Notes under the pieces: model-generated
Databases searched by the model: none
Told to the model about the DNA's origin: nothing
Seen by the model: only the letters and a program-made list of their open reading frames with translations
Assembly (NCBI RefSeq): GCF_964194025.1
Contig: NC_134478.1
Span: 38,750,001-38,814,000 of the forward strand
DNA length: 64,000 bases
Direction of reading: 5' to 3'
Source of the DNA: Convolutriloba macropyga
Taxonomy: Eukaryota
Translations under genes and position numbers: made by a program
In this document: positions 53,106 through 64,000 of the stretch, piece after piece
Numbering within the stretch: the stretch's first letter is position 1
Layout: each line of letters begins with the position of its first letter

Positions 53106-55085
53106 AACATAGCCGGCAAATTGCCGGAAAAAAAGCCGCCGTTGACCCGCTTGACGCAGATTGGGATTGAAACAGAAAGACAAAAAAATAAGAGATAGAA
53201 ATTGACAAAATTTTTCTAAGCAGCAAAATTTTTAAATTGGTGTGTAAATTCTGCATATTCGGTTAGATTCTAAAATTACACTTAATTCAGCTTCTAAACT
53301 GAACACTATTAAACATGATACTAATGCCAGCAAGCAATCGCCTAATGAACCTTTAATGAACTTTGATAACCTAATGTACTACGACTTAATGACCGGGATT
53401 TATATGCTTATCCCGTTTCTTTTCATCTTTTGACTGCGAACGTATTCACTACATTGCGTAATCTAATGCGTGGAAGAATTTAAACTCCATTCAGTTGAAA
53501 CAGGGAGTGAGGTAAGTCAGAAGTCAAACGTGAAAATCGTGGCGCATGTAAAACGAAAAACGTAAAGATAAAGCGAATTAAAAACACAGCAGGACAAGTC
53601 CTGACGTACAATTCATAAGAAAAATCCACTGGCGAGGAAAATATAGTTTAAAAAATAGGCCTAGAATGAACTATGAATGGATTGGGCAAAACAATAAGAA
53701 AAAAATCGGAAAATGTTTGAACAGATCTTAAAAAAGCATAGCCGGAAGAATTCCGGAAAAGATTCGAAGATACCTCCCCAAAAAGCAACCTGTCGAATTT
53801 CAAGTTTCTGATTGCAGTGAGCATCAAAGAAGGGAAATACTATCTTATTGAATAATGAAAAACAAAATTAAACTAACAATTAATCCAAACTAAAAATAAC
53901 CGACTAACGTCGGGCGAATTGCTCTCAAATGACCGGCGAGCGGTTGGCTTCGTCAGTAGCTAGCCACGGGGGGGGGGGGGGGGGGGTGCACTGGGGGCTG
54001 ATGGGGGCAACACTGGGTTGCGGGGGGCAACAGCGCAGTGGGGATGGGGGTCAACGGGGGGGGGGGGTTTCTCAACATTTCAGAACCGCCCTTCACACCA
54101 TAAGTATAAGTCTCCAAAACAGTTTGAGCTGAAACAGAGCTGAAAGGCTCTAAGAGCACTTAATGCCCGCTGGGCGCTACCTGTTTATCCCGTTTTTGAG
54201 GACGAAAAGTCAAAAGCGTCAGACGAAAAATCGGTCAAGCGAAAAATCGCATTAAAAAAAGACCAACAGGACTAATATAATTGCTAGAAACTTCGTTTGA
54301 GAGCAATTAAACAAACAATCAATTAATTTTTTCAATTTGCGCAAGTACAAATACAAAGGCAAAATAATACTTCAAGTAAATTAATGCTGACACAAATTTG
54401 GGCTAACCGAAAAAAACACGAACACATCTCTAATTTTGAAAAACCCGCAAAAAACTAGGAAATTTAAGAATTTTTCGCATTTCTTTATCAAATGAAAAAT
54501 CCCACGAGCATAAAGTTCAAATTCTGTGACAAGTAAATATAATACAATACAATAACAGGTCAGAAATTGCTAAAATAGCCTTAAAACCTTAGAATTAGTT
54601 GAAAAACCATTAAATAAACGTAAAACTCACAATAATGACCGAAAACCTTTGAAATGCTATCACAACCTTAAAACTATAAATTTAGTCTGAAATAACCTCT
54701 TTGACGACATAGAAATTTCAAAAAACAAAAAAAGCTTGAAAAAGCCGCACATAAACAAAAAAATTTGCTCGCTGAGCGAAAAATTTTTCACACCTACAAC
54801 TCTCGCTCTGTTTCAAAAAAAGCTTAAGAAAAGAACCATTCTCGCTTCTCTCTGCTCTTCGAATTCGTTCACTGAACACAACTCTTACAAACTTTATTTA
54901 CTCCCTGAACTACTCCCTATTTACTCCTCGGTTTTCTTGCTCGCTCACTTATCAAAAAAAAACAGAAAACCATAAAGCCTCTTCGAGTCTTAAAAAGTCA
55001 GAGCCCCAGTACAATTCAAATTCTCTGAATTGTAAAAAAGGAGAGCGCTCAAATAATAGCCGCTGAGAGGCTGACGGCGGATATT
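53106..55085 (-). mobile_element. Four-level nest A[B[G[C]]]
   Basis: Left ends: A 53106, B 53582, G 53735, C 53893. Right ends: C 54308, G 54992, B 55034, A 55085. Confidence 0.78.
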
Positions 55086-56802
55086 AAAAAAGCTGATATT
55101 AAAAAATTGTTTGAATATTAAAAAAAGCGGATATTAAAAAATTGTTTGAAAAACGGAAAAATTAGTTTAGCGTAAAAGAACAGAAAAAGATTGAATCCGA
55201 TATCCAAATCATGAAGATAACTTCAAAAAATTTATCTGTTGCACATGTTATCTAAATTGTGGTGGTAATTATAAATACATCATGCAATACAGGAACTTTC
55301 TGAACAAAAAAGTTTCAAAATGACATCACATATTCGCAAAATTTCAGATAAATTTAAAATCCACATCTGATTTTACAAGGACCTTAATCAATTTAGGTAT
55401 TTACGCTCCAAAAAAGTCGAAGATATGAGCACACAATGAAAGACAGCGATAATATACAAAATGTGCAAAACGTTTTTTAGTCCTATTTTAAGTTTATAAC
55501 AGATGGCTCTGGTTTTTCTGAGCCGACCACGAAATCAGAGTTTTCATTAGAAGCTATTACATTGTTTCAGGATGAGGATAAATGGTGGTAAACAACTTGT
55601 GTACATGCAAAAACAGTTCGGAAAGAAGTGGGCTTTCAGAATAGTTTGAGCTTAGTTTTGTCTTAAAAAGGTTGTTCTGTTTCTCCTATTCAATCCAAAA
55701 AAATAAGGAGTGTTTGATTCCAACTTCTGTCACGCTTTTCACTGACAATAAAGTTAGAATATTTCGACAGATAAGAATCTTGGGTGAGCTGCCTCAAATT
55801 TATTCTAATTTTTCTTAAGTCTTATTTAAAAATATGAAAACTAAACAAAAATAGATGCTATCGTAAGCAAAACTAATGAGGGCCATTTCAACCCAGAAAG
55901 CGCGAGAGATAAAGTAATTAATAATAGCTTGCAATGGCTGAAAATCAATGGAAATTAATTCAACAAAAATCGACAAAATTTATTCCAGATTACTCTATTG
56001 AAAACAAACAGTCCTCTTTTCCGTTAAGAAGAACTTACCATCAGCTTATATAGTCATTACTTTCGAACCAATTCGGAGATCATCTTTTATCTCTTCAAGC
56101 AAAATAAACACAACTATAATAATTTTTTTAACATTTTAAAACAATTTGATGATAAGTAATATAAAAGTGAACAAAAACTTGAAAATCACAACAATTAAAA
56201 CCTCGTTAATTCCTCAAAAAAGACTAAATTAAAAAAAAACCTCCCGTTGAAACATTCGACAGGTTTCCTGATGACTTCAATCATGTCTGCTTTTTGGTCA
56301 AATATTTCAATCGACCAAAAATGATTGAAGGCGAAACAGTTGACCGTATAGTTTCCCCCCCCCCCCCCAAAAAAAAATTGTGACTCAGAACAAAGTAATG
56401 TGGTAACTTCTATGAAAATATCAAGCTTTTGAAGTGCTAGTAGAACTTATTACAATTAGCAAACACTGTTGAACAACTCGGTAGAAAATTTGAAAAAAAT
56501 CTGTATTTAGTAAAATAAGAGCAAAACTCAGCTACAGACAACAAAGCGAATGTTTGGTCAATGGCAATATTAGCATAAAAGTCACAACGACAGTACTGGG
56601 ATAACTGTTTCAAACTCTGCGTAAATGTAATAAGCAAGCAAGCAAATAGACAAATCGCGCAACACAGATGCCAACGAAACATATCAGCTCAAAAAAGCAC
56701 AATAAATTTGGTAGTCAAATTTATGTCGTGACAATTATCGACGAAACTCGGTGTTTTTCGTGTTTGCAAATCACGATACACAAAAAAAAGATTACAATGA
56801 GC

Positions 56803-57734
56803 TGAAACAATCGACTACAATCGGACGAATTGCTCTAGGACAACTGACAAGAGGTTGGTTTTGGTATAAGCTATTTGAACATTAGCCTGAGTCAACAGTA
56901 CACTTAGAGCCTATGAAGGTTACACAGCAATTTCCGATTTCTTTTGAGGGGGGGGGGGGGGGGGGGGACAAAGAGGGTTCAAATCGCCAACATATTTCAA
57001 TAAAAATAATTGGGTTTTCAAAAGCAGCGGCTGCTGACAAAAATTAAGGTTCTCATTGAGCTCTAAAACAATTAGAACATAGCAGAGAGGGGGGCTCATG
57101 GGGGGGATCAACCCTTAAGAACCGACCTTCACATGATAAGTTAAAGTCTCCAAAGCACTGTGAATCTCACACTTGGAGACTAGTGAGCTGAAAGGCTCTA
57201 AGAACACTTAATGCCCACTGGGCCCTACATGTTTATCCCGTTTTTGAGGACAAAAAGTCAAATAAGTCGGACGAAAAATCGGTCAAGCAAAAAAATCACA
57301 TAAAAAAGACCGACAGGATCAATATAAATGCTACAAACTTAGCTTGAGAGCAATTAATATCTACTTGCGCTCTTATATTTAAAAGTTGTGTTCATACAAA
57401 ATGCAAAATCATTTTGAGGCCGTAATAACTGAGGCGACCAGTTCAGCTCTATATTAGTCTACAAAGTAGACAAAACATCAAAATTGAACATAAACGGCTA
57501 GCGCCGGGCGAATTGCTTTCAAACAACTGAAGAGCGGTTGGTTTCGTCAGTAGCTAGCTATGGTATAGAGATTTCCGTGAATCGCAAAAGCGTAGAGTCT
57601 AGTAAGCCGAAAGACTCTAAGGGAACTTAATGCCCTCCGGACGTTACCTATTTATCCCATTTTTGAGGACAAAATGTCAAATGAGTCAGACAAAAAATCG
57701 GCACACAAAGACCACAGGATGTTCGAGAGCAATT
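56803..57734 (-). mobile_element. Two adjacent or rearranged family C copies (56803-57355 and 57487-57734)
   Basis: GAATTGCT.TC left ends and GAGAGCAATT right ends. Segments 56990-57077 and 57364-57560 match window positions ~330-650. Confidence 0.6.
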
Positions 57735-58974
57735 AAAAACATTAAAGGTTAATCAAAAATTACTGCATGGAAGATTTACATGACAATAGGTGCTTTAAAC
57801 ACAGTCCGAGAGCAAATAAATGCGTTCTGAACATTAGGAAATCTATAGAATCTGCAACAAGCGAGACTAAGTGTTAACAAGAAAAACACAAAAACTCAAA
57901 AATTACAGGCAAAACTCAAATTGTCTATCATTCTATAAAAACGCAGTGGTAATGTCGAAACAACTATTAGCTTTCAATTAAAAAATTCAGAAAACAGCAA
58001 CTATGCCTTAAAAAAACACAAGTGTCACTTGTAGTGGCTTCACGAAAAAAATGAGAACAGCAAAGCGCAAATCAAATTGCCGCATCTGAAAAATCTCATT
58101 ACATTCGTTCCAACGCAAAACTATCTCTCCCCTTTAGCAGCAATCTGACAACTTTATAATTTCGCGTTTTTTTTGCTGATTCACTATTGCCGCGTTACTT
58201 AAATCACCGTTTTAGATTGAATTGTCATTGGCTTCAAAAAGTCAAAAAAAGCCCAAAGAGCATTACAGAAAGACCGATTCAGCACCAGCAGTAGTACTTA
58301 CGCGTTATACTAATAATACAGGTTACATTACATGTTGCAAGATAGGCAATACCATATGAAGAGGTATATATGGGGACATGTGGGACATTTCCTACAAAAA
58401 CTTTCAATTAATCGAAAAAAAATTATGCACTCAATTTTTGTTTCACCTCCCATAACCCCAGGAATGATATCCAAAAATTTCGGCGAAAAAGTCAATGTCC
58501 CCCTCCCCTGTATCAATTTTTTTTAAAGAAAAGGCCAAATTAAGAAATACCCCTACCCAACACTGGGTGAATATTGGCTGGTCCGGGTCTCTCCCAGCAC
58601 TACATCTTCATAAAGCAATTCATATTGTTTAAATCTATCAATAAAATGATAATATATACAAACATCAGCTGAGAAAAAAGTAACACAAAAGACAACATTA
58701 GAAAACAAACAACTAATAGCGAAAGAAGATAAGTCAAACTAACAGCCTCCTTTCTTAAACCACGGCTCCCATTGAAACATCGACATTTTCGCGCCGCCTA
58801 AGCGTCCTTGAGCCTCGAATGCAGAATAATAACGCGTAAGTGTACTACTATCATCCAAATCCTTTGAATGTAGAGAACGCCAGCATGAGAGCAATAAGGG
58901 CCTCGCTATTTATTCACCGCAAATCAAATTTATTTTTCTTACTGCTCAGAAAATATCCAATTTACAAACTACGC

Positions 58975-60388
58975 AAACATAGCTGGCAGATTGCCAGAAA
59001 ATAGACGCAATAGCTTTGCAGATCTACAGTCTCAAAAAAAACAGTAAAATAGACAGACAAAAAAATTAGTCTTTTCATTGAAGGCTGATATGTTATATTT
59101 TGATTAAAAATCTGTATAAGTTTTTCCTGCCTCTATTAGCTTCTCTCAAATAACCTACATTTAGAGTGACACACACCCATTTGACCTTATCACTTTGAAT
59201 TTAAAAATAAAAGTCAACTTCAAAGTGAGGAAGTCATTTTTGAGAGTGAGGAAAGTCACTTGTGACCAAACCTTTAATCACGCGAATGAACAAAAAAACT
59301 AGCTCTACTAAGAGCGAAAAATGACGTCACGCACGCACTTCAACTGAAATTGCATGAACGAACGAACAAAACGCAGATTTGAAGTGGCTGTGACGTCATT
59401 TGGTCGTAACAAAAATAGCGACGACCAAATAAAAAAAAACATAGCAGGACAAGTCTTGACGTACAATTCAAAGAATTTTCATTCACTGAGCAGAAAAATA
59501 GACCTAGAACGGACTATGAATGATTTGGGAAAAACCATTTAGAAAACAATCCAATCCAAAAAATCAAAAAAACTGTAAAAATCAAAGTGAAATTGCCGCA
59601 TGTGAACAAAAAACCACAATCGAGAAAAAGAATTTTTGTTCAAACACAGTTTTGTCACTCTACTTTAAAATTAGAGAGAAAAAATTTTACGCCGCAAAAA
59701 CATTTGCTTTTTCGCTCCACTTCCTGTTTCGGCGTGACCAAAATCACTACTCCAATTTGACTCCAAAAATCATGAAAATGTGTGAAGAGATCTTAAAAAA
59801 ACATAGCAGGACAAGTCTTGATGTACAATTCAAAGAATTTTCATTGACTAGACAAACAATTAGACCGAAAACAGACAATGAGTGAATTGGGAAAACCATT
59901 TCTAAAAAAATCAGTTAAAATAATTAAAAAAACGAAAATCAATGTCAAACTGCCGCATGTGAACAAATAAACCATAAGCGAGAAATAGAAATCTGGTTCA
60001 AACAAAAAACTAGGCCTAGAATGAACTGTTAATGGATTGGAAAAACCACTTAGAAAAAAATTCGATCCAAAAAATCGAAGAAAACAGTAAAAATCAGAGT
60101 GAAATTGCCGCATGTGAACAAAAAACCACTACCGAGAAACCGAATTTTTGTTCAAACATCATTTTCTCACTCTACTTTAAAATTAGAGCGAAAAAAACTC
60201 ACGCCGCAAAACCACTCGCTTTTTCGCTCCATTTCCTGTTTCGGCGTGACCAAAATCACTACTCAAATTTGACTTCAAAAATCATGAAGAGATCTTAAAG
60301 GCAGCGCCCCATTACAATTCAAATTCTTTGAATTGTAAAAAACCAAGAGAAGGCCATTAATAGCCCTAGCTATCGCTGTGCGGCTATT
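58975..60388 (-). mobile_element. Family D element with nested tandem family B (59437 and 59799, ending at 60337)
   Basis: AAACATAG-CTGGCAgatTGCCAG-AAAATAG.CGCAA left end and GCTGTGCGGCTATT right end. The uninterrupted D at 11538-12040 shows the empty site. Confidence 0.8.
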
Positions 60389-60787
60389 AATATAACTCTT
60401 TTGCTCCGAAAATTCAGCTCCAATCAAAATTGTGACGAGACGTGGTGCACAGGATGTGTAGTTGAAAAAGATAAGACAAAATTCAATTGAAAATCCCCAA
60501 AAGAACAAGACAAAAGCCGCACCAATGATATCGATGCCTGATATAAAAAGCACAACTTAAAATGTACAACAATTAACTTAAATTGAAAAAAAAGCTCCTC
60601 CCCTAAAAGGGATACGGTCAATCAGGTGCGTCAAGTCAACTCCTATAAATTTAAAGTTTTGTCAGCAACAGTATCAAAAGAAGGGATAGGTTTGAATTTT
60701 CCGCATATCACAGAATTTGCGAAAAAAAGTTCATAAAACAGTACGTAAATCTTGGATTTTTGAGCAATCGCAAAAAAGTTTACTCAC

Positions 60788-61094
60788 CTGACGATATGAA
60801 ATGACATCTTTGAGATAATTTGTCAACATTTTCCCCCCAACATCGAGGCGTAAAACAGCTTCTTTACATTTTACTCCGCCTAGATATGGCACTGAATGAG
60901 AAAATGAATACCCAGTGTCGAGAACAATGCAGCTGTTTTCTCGATTGTCATGGCAAAATTTCAAAGCTGCTAAATCAGTTGCAGTTGTACGCAGAATGAA
61001 TGCCAGCTGATATTGCTCAAAAAAGATTTCATTTAGAGAATGCTGGACTGAAGCAAAATTGAAATGAGGCTCTGTGAATATAAGTGACGTTTCA
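60788..61094 (-). CDS. ACTR6: Actin-related protein 6, exon 2
   Basis: Acceptor TTTTGTTTTAG (61095-96), donor CAG|GTGAGT (60786-87); TEPHFNF, DTGYSFSHSVPY, DVGGKMLTNYLKDVISYRQ. Confidence 0.93.
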
Positions 61095-61175
61095 CTAAAA
61101 CAAAAGTCAACGCATCTTTGTCTCATATGCGAACTCATTAATAAAGCACCGTCAAACTTTAGAAACGATTATCAC

Positions 61176-61459
61176 CTGAAGTCCACATTTATCAACTTAT
61201 GATTGAAAAGGTGCTCCCAAACTGTCCTCTGAGTGTCCCAATTAACCAGAAAACCTTTTTGCATTGGTAATTGGTAAAATAGGCCTGACATATCCCGACA
61301 ATTGTCAATTTCATTCGCAACAAAACTCTTTCCCCGTTCAGCTTTTGCTTTCATTACGCTATTATACGCAACCAATGGTGTAGCCTGAGTTGTGTAACCG
61401 ATCTTGCACTGCCACCCTCCATTGTCAATTACCAGCACACGATTTAAGTCACTGCTCAT
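61176..61459 (-). CDS. ACTR6: Actin-related protein 6, exon 1
   Basis: VLVIDNGGWQCKIGY, KGFLVNWDTQRTVW; donor AG|GTGATA followed by an 81-bp intron (61095-61175). Joined CDS is 395 aa. Confidence 0.93.
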
Positions 61460-62149
61460 TTCATCGATATCTTGAAAATGGACAAAGAAAGCTCATATCA
61501 TTGAAATTGTCCTCAAGACGACCAGTTTTTTAAAAACAAGCGTGGAGTGTTTCCCGCTTAATGTACAAAAAGTCTCTGCACAGCCATTCAAAAATTATTA
61601 GATTATGGGTATTCTATGCCCCCTCCAAAGGTACAGAGTACGTGTCATTACAGTGTAATTCTTACTGTAAAAAAACTGGCACGTACCCTTGGGGATTGCA
61701 AAAAAATCATGCGCACACTAGGCCGAGGCGGCCTAAACGACAAAGATCGTGATTGTGTCACATTTTTTCCGGACTCCCTAGCTCAATGTGTGCAGATTAC
61801 TGGCAGCCCCAAGAGCACGTAATATCTTTTTGCAAGAAAAACTTTAATATATACTGCGGGGAGGGAGGAGTCAACTTAAAATATCCCGTGAAAATATGTG
61901 AAGCTCGCAATGCTCATTTTTATTTATAGCCTATTCGGATGCTAGCTGGAAATAGCCACAGAAAAGAATTCAACGACAATCACAGTTAAATATATCACTG
62001 AGACCGTTGTTCGATTGTTATGACCAAATTGTGGCCATCATGAGTGGTCAACGTTTTGTAAGCAACATTTCCCTCTTGCAGCGGTTTTAAGACGAGGTTC
62101 GACCTCGACACCATGAGGGACAGCAAGACTCAAAAAACAGCAAATGCAA

Positions 62150-62760
62150 AAGTTTTTATGTGAATGTAAACGTAAATGTGAGCAGCAAAAGTAATATCAC
62201 CTGTCATAGGTATCAAAAACCAACTGACACTAGAATAATACTGAATTTTCGCAGCTGTGCACCGCCTCAGCATAAGAAAAATGTGATTCAAGGGACGGTT
62301 CACAGGGTTTTCAATGCAATATCTAATTGGCTGGCCTTCGATCAGGCTCTTGAAGAGAACAAACTTGCTCGAACAACACCAAAGGAACATCAAAAAAGCA
62401 AGACTAGATCTCATGATAAGCCAACTATTTTTCTACAATACGGATGCAACCTTAATCAAAACTTTTCAAGCAAATTGAACAAACTATGTAAATTTCAAGT
62501 GGTTTTTATAACACGAAAATTAAGATCGAGCCTCCCCACCCTGCAACCATCTTTCGATAGAGACCTAAAATCCCACGCGGTATATGAGATAAAATGTAAT
62601 GGATGCGGATCCATCTATGTTGGGCAAACCAGCCGGCATGTTACCACAAGGATATCAGCAAAAGAAGGATTCACAGGTGGGTCAGCATCTGGTTGAATGT
62701 TGTGGCGCCACGAATGACATTGAATGGAAAATTCTGGATGCCTGTCGGGCAGTAGAAACA
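62150..62760 (+). mobile_element. Penelope-like element remnant (RT thumb + GIY-YIG endonuclease)
   Basis: YQKPTDTRIILNFRSCAPPQHKKNVI...HRVF (Penelope RT C-terminus) and AVYEIKCNGCGSIYVGQTSRHVTTRI (GIY-YIG). Confidence 0.85.
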
Positions 62761-63058
62761 TTTTGTGCATGACAAAACAAAATTTGCAAAAACTCCATAA
62801 GAGTAATACTTAGGGTTAGGGCAGATTTGAAAAAAAACCTAGAAATACACAAACATGGCCAAAATCGAAAAATCCGTAATAGGAATGGGTTTTAAGAAAT
62901 TGATAACAGATTAAAAAAATTAGTAAATAGGCTTAATATTGTAAATAGGAAAAAATTTTCGATTTATTTTTTAGACTAGTTCCTAGAATTATTTGAATGG
63001 TGGTCTCAGACAAATGTGAATACATATTCATTTTATCCTTTAACAATTTGTGAGACAA

Positions 63059-63104
63059 TTTTAAACTGACGATGAACGTAAAGTTCGAAAACCTTTGTTT
63101 TAAA
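63059..63104 (+). ncRNA. Possible degenerate minimal hammerhead ribozyme belonging to the Penelope-like element
   Basis: CTGACGA-T-GAAC(GTAAA)GTTC-GAAA core with a perfect stem II, about 300 bp downstream of the GIY-YIG remnant. Stems I and III are imperfect. Confidence 0.4.
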
Positions 63105-63764
63105 TATCGGAAGTAATTTTAATTTGACAAATTGGTTTCCTTTATATTGAAAGTTTTTTGGTGTGGCTTCGTAGCTGTTGCTGCAGGGCATTATTCATTC
63201 CCGAACAATAGTTTAGAAATTTTCCTTTTGTTTCTATCATAGTAGTAGTTCTGGCTTATGTGCTCGCCTGGTTAATGATGTGTGAAGTCTCCTTAATGGC
63301 TGAAACTCGACGTTTCGTTAATTTAAACAGTGTTGTTAAAAAGCTAAGTAAACTATAAAATTTAATGTACAAACGTTTTCGCTATATCCAGCAAAATCAG
63401 TCAATTAGTAAACATTAGGTTAGTAAAGTTAGTAAACGTTAAGCAATTCTATTTGCAAATAAAATGACTTCAATTCAAATAATAAACAAAACAGTAGAAT
63501 TAGAGGTTTTGGAATATTTTTTATCGCTAAAGCAATAATTTCTGAAATTACGTTTTCCAATTCGTTTTTAAAATTTTTTATTCAAGATCTTTGAACTTAG
63601 ATTTTTTAAGTTTGTGACTTTCTTCTGTTTTGGTAACATTTCAATGTTTTGATTCGCTTTAATGTAATTTTCGAATTGAGAAACATGACATTTGGGACTA
63701 GTATTTCAATATCAACTCCTGGCTTCGGTACTCATCTCACGTTTTCAGCAATGTCTTCCTTTGC

Positions 63765-63851
<87 letters not shown>
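63765..63851. repeat. (TA)n microsatellite
   Basis: About 87 bp of TA with one interruption. Confidence 0.97.
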
Positions 63852-63852
<1 letters not shown>

Positions 63853-64000
63853 CTTTGAGTGCCATGAGTTTTTGACGCACATTGCACTGATCTATTATAC
63901 GGCAAGCAAGCTTGAGTGGTATGCCACAACATTCGCTTAAGCTGACCTACCGGTGAGTGCTTTCTTGACGCTTCGTCAACTGCAAGTTTGCTCGACACAG

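Noticed and set aside
59354-60298. Recurrent plus-strand ORFs ending ...AAKPLAFSLHFLFRRDQNHYSNLTSKIMK (also 4894-5136, 27858-28064, 30990-31175)
   Set aside because: Chance translations of the non-coding family B repeat. Frames and starts differ between copies and there is no recognisable domain.
63649-63998. ORFs with (YI)n runs; likewise the (SL)n ORF at 6155-6454 and poly-Pro/Gly ORFs at 7754, 53929 and 56920
   Set aside because: Translations of microsatellites and G tracts.

Overview
AT-rich animal (eukaryotic) genomic DNA. Five conserved spliced genes lie head-to-tail on the minus strand. In transcription order they are ACTR6/Arp6 (3 coding exons, 61459->39188), a SNAP-25-family SNARE (2 exons, 38188->29797), ROMO1/Mgr2 (1 coding exon, 27140->26886), NEDD8 (2 exons, 26534->19846) and PDK1/PDPK1 (3 exons, 19103->2758). 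I checked all exon junctions by hand for GT-AG and phase. The 5.6-21 kb introns contain a decayed CRE-like non-LTR retrotransposon with an apparent chromo-barrel N-terminus, an L2/CR1-like LINE whose RT region has expanded into a ~1.28 kb tandem array, and about 25 copies of at least seven non-coding repeat families (my labels A-G). These families share the terminal grammar of Helentron/DINE-1-type rolling-circle elements: 5' hairpin-forming subTIR, then 3' subTIR + stem-loop + CTATG/CTTG-TT. A Penelope-like remnant lies upstream of the cluster. The most striking observation is that every copy of these elements I could orient points the same way as the genes, and they are stacked like Russian dolls. 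In twelve cases the inner element sits in an A/T tract 39-53 bp inside the 5' terminus of a resident element, across different host families, and matching empty sites are present in this window. This suggests a terminus-guided homing and nesting system. All coordinates were read by eye, and repeat boundaries are approximate to a few bp.
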